Shown here: positions 11,578 through 23,848 of the stretch, one piece after another
How the letters are laid out: every line of letters begins with the position of its first letter
Numbering within the stretch: the stretch's first letter is position 1
Source of the DNA: Elsinoe ampelina
Lineage: Eukaryota
NCBI GenBank assembly: GCA_010093995.1
Contig: ML992536.1
Location: forward strand, 1-47,072
Reading direction: 5' to 3'
DNA length: 47,072 nucleotides
The notes under the pieces: generated by a model
What the model was told of the DNA's origin: nothing
Database searches by the model: none
What the model saw: the letters and a program-made list of their open reading frames with translations, nothing else
Made by a program: the position numbers and the translations under genes

Positions 11578-14500
11578 TTAATTCTATTCTACCGCTAGAG
11601 TAAACTTCGACTAGCGTAGTAAATTTCGTAGTAGATTACGGTTAAATACGTATAAAGCTCTAGTAGAGTATAACTAAATACTTAATTAATATAGAGTCTA
11701 GGATACATCTACTAGTATAGAGTAAGGTAGAGAAAATTTACTTAATTTCGTAATCGAACGTACTATTAGCTTTCGTATATACTATTTAGTAACTATTTAA
11801 CTATAGATACTCTAGTCGCGCTCTATTATAGATTTGTAAGGAGTAACTAGCGGTTAATATCGGTCTTCTACGTCTTTAACCTTATTAATACTTAGACTTC
11901 TACTAACTAGACACTCTATAATTTCGTTAGCTAGCTCGGACGCGCTTATAAGAAGAGCTAGATAGTCGATACGCTGTCCCTTATCTTTACTGTCTAGAGA
12001 TAGACTATCTAATCGAGCATCGACTAAGACTTTATTACTATCTAAGATGTCTAGGGAGACTAATTTATTAGTAGCTAGCTATAATAACTCTTAAGTTTCT
12101 ACGAAAATACTATGCCTATAAATACCGCCGGTTTTAAGATCGTTAGAGGTTAGAAGGATAGGTATTCCTAGTCGCGAGTATAGTAAACTTTAAATGTCGC
12201 TATAGGTATAATAGCTAACTATATCCGCTAGGCGACATAGCTAGACTACGAGAGAGAGATAGTGTTATAGTTTCGATGTTATATAACTCTCTAGACTAGA
12301 ATATTTAGGTTCTTATACCCTTCTATCGTATTTACCTAGAGATATATATTCCTTCGATCCTCCTTAGTCGTAGTCCTATAAAGGATTATAGTAGGCAATT
12401 ATAGCTTTCTAGAGTACATTTAATGCTTTATCTATACTTTTATCTAGATCCTCCTAAAATAGAGCATTAACATCTACCTAAGTAAGTATAAAGCGTAAGG
12501 TATACCTATATAGCGATAGAAGTGTATAGACAAAATCCCTAGATCGCTCTAGTAAGATCCGTAGAGAGTCGTATAAGACGTAGAATTCGTCGATAGACTT
12601 ATATAATTCTCTAGTATTAACTTTGTACAAACTATATAAGCGTTACGATTCGTAGCTCTAACTAGGCTATTAATTAGAAAGGAGTAACTATTCGAACTAT
12701 AAGAATAAGCTAGGCTGCGGTATATCTACTAAGTTAAGCTTATAGATTATAGTAGTTAGTTAGGCTACGGTAGTTTTATACTATACTTATAACAAATTTA
12801 TTATATCTCGAAATGTAGTTAGCCTATCGAATAGTCGCTTACTAAAGAATAGATCTATTACCTTTGTACCTAGAACTAAAGTGTTCTAAAATTAGGCTAG
12901 TATATCTTCTCTTAGGATATAGAGAAAGTAATTTTCTCTAGTATCGTAAAACATTAGAGCGTACTAGAATTTAGATATCTCTAAGAAGAAGTCTATCGAG
13001 CTAATCTTAGCTAGTCTAGCGAATCTAACTTAATACTCTATAAAGATAGGGAAAGAGATATAATTAAGAAAGACCTAGAGATCTATAGCTATAGACTCTA
13101 TAAGGTTAAATTCGATATATACTCCTTATAATTTCTTCGCTACCTTCTTAAGTTAGAGTATTCTCTTCTCTTATAGATTTAGATTATCTCTCTAACTCTA
13201 GAGTAGAGACTATAGTTAGTAATTCTCTAGTGTAATAGACTGTAATAAAGGGGCAATCTATAGCCCCCGTAGTAATTTAGGTATTAAAACGGTCCGATCG
13301 AGGTGTATTAATACGTTTATCTTAATCTATCGTAGTACGTCTAGATTAATATAGTAACGCTAAAGCTAAGAGGGAAGCGTAGACTATAAAGGCATCTAGA
13401 ACTTTAATAGGACACTTACGAGGATATAAGGTAGTAGAAGGAAGATGTCCTTACTATAATTAGCTATAAGTAGTAAATGACTATAAGCTACTACTCTACT
13501 AGTAACGTCCCTTAATATATAGATTTCGTATTTAACTATAGACTTTGTGCTCTACCGACTAGATAGAGCACCTATAGTAAATAGTACAACTATAGTTAAT
13601 AAGTCTATAGCTATAATATATACCTACGCGGAGAAACTACTATTAGCTAAATTATGTATCTTATATAAGTAGAAGACGCTATCTATAGAAGCACCTAGTC
13701 CTCCTAACTACTATATAAGTAAGTAGTAATATACGTGTAGTTCTAGACATACTAGGTATAAATAGAACGAAGTTTAATCTAAGGAGCTTAAAGGTAGTAC
13801 AGCGAGCTAGTATAGCTTTCTATATAGGACTTAGAAGGCTAGTAAGGGCATACTTGCCTAGATAATTAGTGTTATTATGTTTGTCTATCGAAGGGTGCTA
13901 AGTAGATAGTAGTTAAGGTTATTTAAAGCTTCGAGTAGGTAATATTATATTTTATACGGAATAATAGGATCTAGTATAGGAAAAACGCTAGCTATTTTAG
14001 TTTTATATCTCCTATCGTGTATTAACATATAGAGTAGAGCTATATATGTGCCGAGCGGCGTAATATATATAAGTACGCTACTAAGTAGGTATAGTTACAT
14101 ACTATAGTATATAGCATATACTAGCTCTATAGCGAACTTATCGTAAATATATCTTTTAAGAGAGATAGTACTCTTCTAGACGCCCGAGGGAGTAATATTA
14201 TTTAGATCGATCTAATCTAGCTTTAGTACTATAGGTCGAGGGGGTATTACTTCTTAAGAGTTAGTAGTCTCTAATATCGCTACGAGTAGAGTAGTAGTAT
14301 AGATAATACTATGTCTAATAATATTAGAGAAGCTTCGAGTAGGGAAAACTTAGTTAAGCTTATTAACTTCGGATCCTCGATACTATAACTTACTTAGGCT
14401 AGTATTTAGCTATTACATACGTAAAAAGAGTAGACTCGTAGCTGACTCGATAAAGAGTCTTCCTATCTTAGTAGTTACGTTTATTACTAGCGTTACAATC

Positions 14501-15777
14501 TTAATATACGAGCTAGAACTAAAAAAAGACTATATAGGCTCGATTAAATATTTATTCTATTTTAAAGGATATAGACTATCCTATTCTATTTCCGAATGCT
14601 TTTACTTTAGGTAGCTACGCTATAGCCTAACCTTTATCGCTAGAGCCTCCGGTTTCTCTACTAACTCTATATCCTTTATAAATACATCCTCGTCTATACT
14701 ACTATAGGCGTTAGTTAAGCGATTAGCCGACGCCTTCGTTTCTATTATGCTTGTACTAAGCGCTAGACTAGTTTTAGATTAAGATTACTAGCTAGGAGAG
14801 GATAGGGAGGTAGCTAGAAGTACTTTTATAGAACTACGTAAACCTAGCCTAACTAAGCTTAGCCTCTAGCGATCTACTAATTCTCTTCTAGGTCCTACTA
14901 TATCCGAGTCAAAATAGACGCTAATCTCTATAAGGTTATCCTCTCTAATACGAATAGTAGTTATACTCTCGATAAAGACACCTATATAGTTAAGCTATTT
15001 ATAGATAGCTTTAGAACGACCTTTATACTAGACGGATTATATAGAGGTTCTTCTAAGCTCTAGATAAGAAAGATTAGTTACTAGATATATAGTAAAGAAA
15101 TACTTTACTTTCGATTATACGCCGTCGAGTAGAAAGTTATTTAGCCGCGAGAGACTAAAGGAAAAACACAATTGTCTAAATATACACCCGAAGTTAATAG
15201 CTATGCTAACTATAGGAAGCTCTACTCGGTCCTTATATTACTCTTCCTTCTTCGTTAGATCTCGATACTTTAGGTTATATTAGGACTTAAAGTAATTAAA
15301 TGTCGTAATACTAGATGTTATAATTATTATAAAATACTTATTATAGAACATTATAAAAGGTTCTACGAGATAGTAGAAACATAATATAACATAGTTAGAA
15401 GTATATTATAAAAGGTAGTATTTATCGTAATTATCTATCCTACTAAAATTTATAGTATTTACTTTATGTCTTAGACCTTACAAACGGAGCTTTAGAGCTT
15501 CTAACGTATAGCTCTATCCTAAGCCTATATCGTCTATAAGAGTTACGACGAAATACGTACCTAGCTTATCTCCCCTTAAAAACAATAATACGTAAGCTTT
15601 AGTAGGTATCTTAGCTAGCGACATTCGATATATAGATAGTAAGTAAATAGGATATACTTATTACCTATAACTTACTCGAGCTAGTCCGAGGTATAAAGGG
15701 CCTTGGACTATATAGTCTATACTAACTTAGAAGACTTACAAAGCCTAGAAATGCGCTATAGGACTACTCTATTACAT
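11578..15777 (-). pseudogene. RIP-inactivated ~1,400-codon intronless ORF, unknown product
   Basis: ATG at 15777 and one frame for 4,200 nt without frameshift. Hand count is about 90 TAA/TAG stops (~6%, consistent with Gln+Trp codons converted by RIP). Spot-checked alternative frames are much more stop-dense. Confidence 0.8.
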
Positions 15778-15986
15778 TGTACTAGTATATAGATAGCCTC
15801 TACGAATCCCTATTTACGAGTATTACCTTTATTACCTATATAAGATTAGAGATAACTAACCTCTTAAGCTAATTCTATATATTATCGATAGCCTTATCTT
15901 CTTTACTTCTACTTCTTTCTCCTTTGTATATTATTAAGATAATAATACTATTATTTTATTAACCTAGTATTACTAACTTCTACCGC

Positions 15987-16088
15987 ACCTAATTATCCGC
16001 TGTACCTAATTATCCACTATACCTAATTATCTACTGTACCTAATTATCTGCCGTACCTAATTATTTACTATACCTAATTATCCGCTAC
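15987..16088. repeat. 6 x 17-bp direct repeat, core ACCTAATTAT, consensus ~ACCTAATTATCCRCYGT
   Basis: Cores start at 15987, 16004, 16021, 16038, 16055 and 16072 (exact 17-bp period). Copies differ by C/T and G/A transitions. Confidence 0.95.
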
Positions 16089-16317
16089 CTACCTATATAT
16101 CTTTATATAACTTCGACACGCTCTATATATCTAATCTTCTAATATTAAGTACTACGCAACTATTATATTAAATTTAGATTAGAGTAGACTATAGCTCGGT
16201 AATCGATTCTAGTATTTAGTAGGCCCCTAAATGCTAGTCTAGTCTCTAAGTATAGTGTACTTTAAAAAAAATCTGCTTAGCCGTTATTACTTCGATCTAG
16301 AGTCTTTAAAACCTACG

Positions 16318-19306
16318 ATGTTAGCCTTTAATAATTAACTTAGAGAGGCCCTACTCCGAAAGAATAACCTAACCTCTCTAGTACTTTCCCTATAATAACC
16401 CTAGTCTATAGCGATATTAATATTAACTTATTAACCTTAACCTCGAAGAGAGTCTTTAATAATAACTACCTTAGAAGCTATTACTCCCGACTACTAAGCT
16501 TCTAAAGCCTCGTTCCTAAGCGTCCCGCTTAATAATAGTATATCTATCCTTAGACTACTATACGACATCTATCCGACATATACTCGATATAGTATAACTA
16601 CCTTTAAGATTCTTCTCTACTATAGTCTCTCTTTAGCCTATGTACCTATTAAGCCTCTTATACCTTAGGAAACTTATCTAGCTTACGCCTAGATATATAA
16701 GTCCCCTCTAATCTAACTTTACTAATAACCTTATTATTCTATAGTAGAAGGAGTATTCCTTACTATTTTCTTTATAATTTCTAATATATTATAAAGATAT
16801 GCTTATTAATCTCCTAATCTACTAGTTATTAAACCTACCTAGACGCTAGTCTATTAGCCGCTAGAGGGGTAGGCTTAAGAGCGCTAAGAGTCGTAGGCGA
16901 CGTAGAGTAGAAGTTAATAGTAGTCGGGCATATAGTCTAGGACCTAGTTTTCTACGATGCTACAATTATAAGCACCTATCTAATAGGCCTTCGAATTATG
17001 TAGACAGATTAAATCTAGAACTTTAATAAATTTATTATCTTACTAGTCTAGAAAGGTTTTATATAAGACATCTATACGTACTATACTACTATAATAGTAG
17101 TTATAATATAGACTAAGTAACGTAGCGCATAGAGGTTCGTAGAAGACTCGATTAAAGATATTAGCCGCTCTAACGCCTAGAAATAGCTAGCGATAGTGAA
17201 TATAGATAACTAGGTCCCTACTCTCTATAATAGGGCTCCTACTTTCTTAAAGAGGTATCTATATATTCTTATCCTCCCCTTAGGTACTAGCTCGAAGTAT
17301 ACGACATAACCTATATTATTTATATAGGATTTTATAGTATAATAGCGTCGGAGCCTCTATAACCCCTCTAAAGACTAATTATAGATAACTAGTCCGCCCT
17401 AGCTAAGGGCAATATATTCGAGGCTTTATAACGGTATAGGTAGGTTATTAGGGGTTTTAAATTTGCATCTATAGATAGCGCTATTAATTGCTCGAGGACG
17501 TACTATAGCTCCTAGTCCTATACTAATCGTTTATAGACTCTATAATAAGAAGCTTAGCATAGTAGACCTAGTTAGTTAGCGCTCTTCGACGTAAAGAGTA
17601 GCTCTACTATAAATGTAATAAACTAACGCTATTAGTCGAGACTATCCTAAAGACCTATTATAGCTTTCTACCTTAGTGTCTACGCTATAGATCTAAGGTA
17701 TCTAGAGATTATACCTAATATATAGTAGGAAAGTAATTACGAAGGGTATATCTATTCGCAAAGCTACTATATTACTTTCTAATTCTCGAAAGATCCTTCG
17801 AATCTAGCTTAAGTAGTCCTAACGAGTTACTTACTAGAGTTATCTACCCTACTGCTTCTTATAACCTGCCTCCTTATACCTACCGGTTAAACTCTACTTA
17901 ACTAGCTTATAGATTTCCTTATATACTTCTACTCGAAGTTATCGGTCGAGTTAGATTAGTAGTTATCTAGAAGACTACCTTCGTAAATCCCTAGACATTA
18001 GTTAAGTTTCCCTAGTAGAGTTCTAAATTATCGCTAGAATATACTTAGTTACTCCCTTCTGAGAATTTACCTAGCTTCTTAGGTTTTAAAGCTACTATAG
18101 AGATCTACTAAGTAATATAAACTTGTGCCTTATAGCCTAGGATATAGGTAGACCTAATAAATCTTTAACCTCGACTTATAGACTTTAAGCTTATTATCTA
18201 GACTAGTAGTAGTCGTACTAATAATATAGGTAAGAGGTAAGTTTTTATTTAGTATAAGCTTAATCTAAGGATTAGACTATATACTAGTATATTCGAATCT
18301 ATACTAGCCTACTAGGAAGTAAAGGACAGCGTAATATAGTATTTCTCCTACACTTAAAGGTAGATATACTATGTCTCTATATTATTGTTACTAACGATGT
18401 AGCTTCGATTTCCTCTTCTACTAATTCTTAGTTAGAGCTCGAGGTAGTTAATAGATCGTATAAGTAGTCTACTTTCTACCTTAGAGTATTCTACTAGACT
18501 CGTTTTACACGATAATAGAACGTACTATTTCTTTTAATTAGCTACAATTTTAGGCTTTTAAGCTTCTAATAACTTTAGATAATACTTAGGTAGACCGATT
18601 ATATTAGATAGTCCTTGCTTTCTAATTACCTAGGTTTATATAGTAGCCTAGTTAACCTCTTAATAATAATAATAGGGATAGTAGTTTAAGTATAGGCATT
18701 ACTAGACGAATAGAAACTTCTACTCTATCTAGTAAGGACGTTGCCGATACTATAACGCTATAGTTAAGCTCTCTTACGTAAGGTGGAAGCTGCTATACTA
18801 CGTACTACTACTTGCTACGCTTATAGACTTTAGATTTTTTCGATAGTATTATAGCTATTTATGTAGAACGGTGCGCTCTAATCTAGTCTTTTAATAATAT
18901 AGTAATTAATGTTAGTTTATAGGTTAGCTAGAATGCTCGTTACTCTACCCTATAACTCTACTATTAGCGATATAGAATTCCTACTATACTATTAGATGTA
19001 TAGCGAGTTAAATTTATATAAGGATCTTAGCTATTTACCTATAACTAGAAGCGAGCTTAGTCTGTATCTACCTATTATATTACTTTTTTATCTCTTAAGA
19101 GATCTCGAGACCTCGCTAAAAGGTCTAAGCCTTTTATAGCGGAATTTCTAACAACTAGACTAATGTAATCTCCCTTATCTTCTCTATATCGACATAGGCG
19201 ACGTAGATACTTAGCCCTATAGTCTAGTAATATATATAGTCCTATCTAGAGATATTAGTATTATAGATAGTTAACGAGACATTCTAAATATGTAAGAAGA
19301 TAATAA
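16318..19306 (+). pseudogene. RIP-inactivated large multi-exon gene (or two adjacent genes), unknown product, possible CxxC
   Basis: ATG at 16318 and long stop-poor frames. A clear intron at 18360-18402 (GT...ACTAAC...TAG) joins frames in phase 2. Other introns near 16,700 and 17,500 were not resolved. FLRCYNYKH at ~16,950 may de-RIP to CxxC. Confidence 0.55.
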
Positions 19307-22206
19307 ATCATCTTTAAAGTTTAGCGCGAGGTCCCTATTAATTATAAGTCTACTTAGTACTAGACTTCTTATAAGTAACTACGTAGTAATAAGCGCTAGT
19401 CCTAAAGGCTTTAATATAAATCGGTAGAACTATGTATAGTCGTTTCTATCTCAAATGACAGATAAATCATTTACGTGGCTATAAGGTATATAAAGGCCTA
19501 TATTAAGTATGTATTGTAGCTTTAGTGAAATTCTGTAATATAATATAAATCACTATAGTAGCGGTTAACTAAAAGACTTCCTTATAGATTGTTTGCTACT
19601 TGTATTACGTTCTAGTTAACAAGTCTAGTGCTCGAGGTCCGAGTCTTGTCTTAGGTCGTTTGCTACCTATGTCTCGGGGTAGTGTAAGACCCCTATCTAC
19701 CACTCTATATTCTAACACCAACCCTAAGATTGTGGCTAAGACTATTATATAGTCTAACTAGCAGATTTGAACCCTCGATCTGGGACCGAGATGGGCCGAT
19801 CTAAAGGGATACGCAAAAATAATAATTATATAGAGTCAAGTAGTTTTAGTTTGACGAGCGTCCAGGACCATGGTGAGCAGCAAGGTATGATCGAAAGCAT
19901 GAGTGTGGTAATTTACGCTCAATTGAGACGATAACATTTTTGTCACACTCAAGTGCCATTGTTCCAAGCTAACCCTGATTCGACAGTGCGTGAGCACAAT
20001 GTTCCAAGCATAGGTCCCAGCCACAACTGCCAGACCATATTTGCTCTCAGAGAAGGCTCGGCGCTCGGGAGCGTTCTCTACCCCGGCAATAAGTACATTG
20101 GAGTAGTATCAGGGCATTGTGTATATGTGTTGTCGTGTAGAGAAGTAGGATCCTCGACTTCCAAGATTGCAGTTCGGGCTGCGGACTCCCAGATCCCAAT
20201 ACCTGACTCTCACAGTCAACTAGGCACTTTTCTCTGGTAGGAGAGTGTGGTGATCTCAGCCTGAAAGACGCCCGCTAGTGGTGTGGAAATTGCTGCACAA
20301 GTCCCGCTATGGCCTAGGTTCGCCGACCATTGTGACCCTCAATGTGATACCCGGCTTTCCTTGCACATCTACAGGAGCTGTGCCATGCGGATCGAGTTTC
20401 CTGGTAGGTGAGGACGCCGTCTATCGGAGCAAGAGAGTAGCGAAGCCGATGAAGCTGGTTCACGGAGATAGGAAGTGGATGTGAGACCATATCCAGATGA
20501 GGCATTTGCGATTTGGACAGACTGAATTGTAAGTGCGATGTAGATCGATACAGACAGGAGGAGGTCGGATCTGTGGTAGTACGACCAACGATCAGCTTTC
20601 AATTGCTCGCACGTCGATTTGCTCAGCCAAACACAGCGTGTCTTCGGCTAATAAAAGCGCCTTGGAAGACCTTCAGTACCAGATCATATCCCGCATCACA
20701 GTCTTCATCGTCGGGCGGAGCATGGCGGCCGACTCTGAGTGGTACTTGATCCCTGATGACGAGCAGCCGAGAGCCTCAGGTGATGAACGCAAGTTGGTAC
20801 ATAGTGGCGTGGTGGGTGTACATGAGAAGCCATGCGGCATAGCAAATGGGTAGAATTGCTACACCGACAGAAAAAAAAAGGCTACCGAGTGGCGACGGTT
20901 GAGCGAGGCGAATATAATGTATAGTAGGAAGTGGAGATAGAAAGATCTACGATATACCTGACATGACATTCTCTATTCCTTTGTTTGCAACGCTCCCAAT
21001 TGCAGCTCTTCTTTGTTCGAGCCGTCAATTACGCTTCGGGTAGGATCTGTACATCGACAGGGACGCACAAGCATTGCTACCGGTAGAGGTCTGCAAGGAA
21101 GAATTGATATTGCGTGCACCCGCTTGCAGCGACGACAGTACGGGCTTAGTCGTGAAGCCGCCGCCCCATCGATGTTCTGCAGGCGAGGGAGATGTGTAAC
21201 AAATGACATAGAATCTGCCAGAGAAAAAGACTGCTCGAGATTCCTACCAGTACAGCCCTGAAGAATGTTCCTTGCCAAGCTGGATAGGATGTGAGAGGAC
21301 CTGCAGCTTGTAGTACACTTGAGCTCCCTTGCAGGTCTTCCACAGCAAACCTTTGAGGTGCAATGCTCTGATCACCAACCTGCGTTGCTACGGGCTTTGG
21401 AGGTCACGATCGTAGGATTCCGACTGAGTTGGAGGATGGTAGCAACCCAGATAAGACATGCTTGAGTGGAAGGCAAATGATTGCCAATGTTGAGACTGGC
21501 TCTTTGGTGTGAGGAAGTCAGATGCTGGGACCGGTTTTGTCACATGTTTTTGTCTCGACGGGCGGCCGCGGAGTTGCTCGAGCTCAAAATCATCAGTGCC
21601 AGCCTTTGTCCCGCGCCGATAGCCGGCGGGCATGATTTGCAAGCGTCATGTCTGGCTTTCTTGGTGCAGAATCACGCAAGAAAAAAAAAGCTTCGAGCAC
21701 ACGTCGCAGCGCGCCGAGGGGCTGGCACGACTTTCTGCGGTGCACAAATCTCGTGCTTGTCTCGGGTCTCCCTCGCTGCCGGCTACATGGCCATTTTCTC
21801 TCCTCACTCTGTTCCAAGCAGACCATTCCGAGTCCAACACCCGAGGCTTGCTCCTGCTAAACCAGACAAGGCATCTCCGCCAGTCCAGACTGTGTGAAAG
21901 AAACGAGCCGAACGTGGGGAGATTTTTCTCTGGGTTGTTCGAGCTTGACCTGATCTGCCTGCCTGACGTGGGATCATCAACGGAGGTGCAGCAGCTTGCT
22001 TCCAACTGCATTCCCAATCCCCGAACTCGGATTCTTCCCGAACTGGACCAGAGGAACTGCAGGCTGTTATCTCGCGCCCACGCCCACCTTTCTTTCTCCC
22101 CTCAGGCAGTCCTCAAACTCCAGCACGAGCTCTACAGAAGTCGCACAATCCTTGTCACATTCCATACAAACCCATTTACCACGTCCGACACCACCCAACC
22201 GCCGAA

Positions 22207-22707
22207 ATGCAACTCACCCGCGTCCTCGCCCAACACCGCCAGCCCATGATCCGCTTCCTAGGCAAGCGCACCATCCCAAGCAGTACGTCCCCTCCCTCCT
22301 CCCTTCCCCTCTCACTCCCATCAACACCCTCCGCCCACCCCCATCTCCTCTCGCCCTCCCTCTCCCACCACCCACTAACCCCCCCTCCAGAAATCGACCA
22401 CACCCCCCACCCCCACCCAGCCAGCCCCTCCAACTCCCTCCCCACCTCCTTCGCCGCCTACCGCCAAAAAGCCCAACAACACGGGCCCCTGACGTCGTCC
22501 TTCCAGACGTCCCCGCGGGGGTACGGCAGCGCCTCGCAGTACGGGGGCAAGATCGGGGCCGCTTCCGGACAGAGTCTGGGTAAGGTGGAGGCGGATGGGG
22601 GGTTGTTCTTCGATCGGGACGAGTTGCCCGCGAGGTTCAGGAGGAGGCCGCTCGAGGGGTGGGAGATTGAGGCCGTGGGGAGTGGGGGCGCGTCGATGTT
22701 TGCTTGA
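22207..22707 (+). CDS. KGD4: Mitochondrial alpha-ketoglutarate dehydrogenase adaptor subunit (Kgd4/Ymr31/MRPS36 family), ~130 aa; intron 22283-22390
   Basis: N-terminal HRQPMIRFLGKR, DHTPHPHPASP, YRQKAQQHGPL and C-terminal LPARFRR...EIEAVGSGGA, typical of the family. Intron GTACGT...ACTAAC...CAG. Confidence 0.85.
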   Translation: MQLTRVLAQHRQPMIRFLGKRTIPSSTSPPSSLPLSLPSTPSAHPHLLSPSLSHHPLTPPPEIDHTPHPHPASPSNSLPTSFAAYRQKAQQHGPLTSSFQTSPRGYGSASQYGGKIGAASGQSLGKVEADGGLFFDRDELPARFRRRPLEGWEIEAVGSGGASMFA

Positions 22708-23848
22708 TTGGTCTGGCGTTGGGATGTATGATGCTTTCTGTACGTGACAGAGTATTACGTATGAGAAAGGGACCAGCTTTTAGGGGCGTTGGCTTGCTCG
22801 GCAGGAATGCAGGGCTGGGACGCTGGTACGTCGTATGGGAGGGGACGTGGAGTGGTATATGAGTGAAGCAAGGCGAGGTTGGGCGTACAAAAAGCGACAA
22901 AAGCGGCACGTTTCTTCGAGATGATTCAACATGACACCTCTTATCTGGGCAAACCCTGGTGGATGACTGCGGTCTTTGACGGTCACGTTTCATAGCGTAT
23001 ATCTGTAGGCTAAGCGTGGATACACAGTATAGATCATGCTATTCTTCCTGATGCCAACCTCTCTGCTGCCTTACCTTCGCCATCTTCATTATGTACCTGG
23101 TCTCGATCTGGTGGCAAACCACCCATCAGCGAACCATTCATGGCACGTGTGTATACATGGAATCACAAAAAAAGTATGAATACTCCCCCAGTCTGATACG
23201 TCGAACAGGTACATCCAGAGCAGAGTCAGACAACACAACCACTCTTCTCACAGGAGACGCCCACACATGGTCATCAGAGTAAACATGGACACATTCCATT
23301 TCATAAAATACAGCAGCCTTTCCTCCATCTACTCGCCGCTCCGACTGCGCTTGTCCCGTCCTCCCTCTTGCCGTCCCTTTTGCAGGGCACAACAGAGGTC
23401 AGGGTATAGCCGTCTAATATAGAATAAAGAATATACATGACTAGGATTGTGCATCCGAGTACCTTGCAAGCCCCGTAACCTGGACCGACCGACCGTCCGC
23501 ACCAAGAGAGATGGAGAGCACGTGGTGATACTTTCCTTGTTCGCCAGCCCAGTCCGTCTTTGCCGGTTTCCGTTCTGCCTGCCGGGGAGCCGTATTCCAT
23601 GGTTTGCGCCGTGCTGGAAAGGAGTATCAGGTCGCGTGACAGGTATCGCCGTTGAGGGTAATGTTCGTAATCAGCCAAAATAAGATGCGGTAGTCCGTGT
23701 CTATGTTCTTTGTACAGGCCAAAGGAAAAAGTTTGATGTTGCCGCTACGCCGTTCGCTGGAAAGCAAGGGAGCGTAGCACTTTTCTGTCGTGATTGGGTT
23801 CGTTATTGCATTTGTTGATCGTGAAAAAGGGAAGTTGTTCATGGTGGA

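Larger units (their letters stand above)
1..19800. mobile_element. RIP-saturated AT-rich block; relic of a large duplicated multi-gene segment/element (left end outside window)
   Basis: Extreme TpA excess with near absence of CpA/TpG while CpG persists (CpA-specific RIP). No ORF >=60 aa in the supplied track before 19,836. CpA/TpG gradually reappear from ~19,400 to ~19,850. RIP is certain; element identity is inferred. Confidence 0.8.

Noticed and set aside
13250..13268. GGGGC-N8-GCCCC hairpin as a Helitron 3' end
   Set aside because: It lies inside the uninterrupted 1,400-codon relic and has no properly placed CTRR.
14341..14400. Plus-strand VKLINFGSS resembling a RIP-mutated kinase DFG motif
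   Set aside because: No HRD/KxxN motif upstream, and the region is better explained by the long minus-strand relic ORF.
15987..16088. CRISPR array
   Set aside because: The repeats are contiguous without unique spacers, and the context is eukaryotic.
19760..19782. Minus-strand GGTTCAAATC B-box or tRNA fragment at the RIP boundary
   Set aside because: The T-stem does not pair, and no cloverleaf or A-box was found.
19836..22200. Short ORFs in the track next to the RIP boundary
   Set aside because: No recognisable domains or consistent splice model; mostly non-ATG starts.
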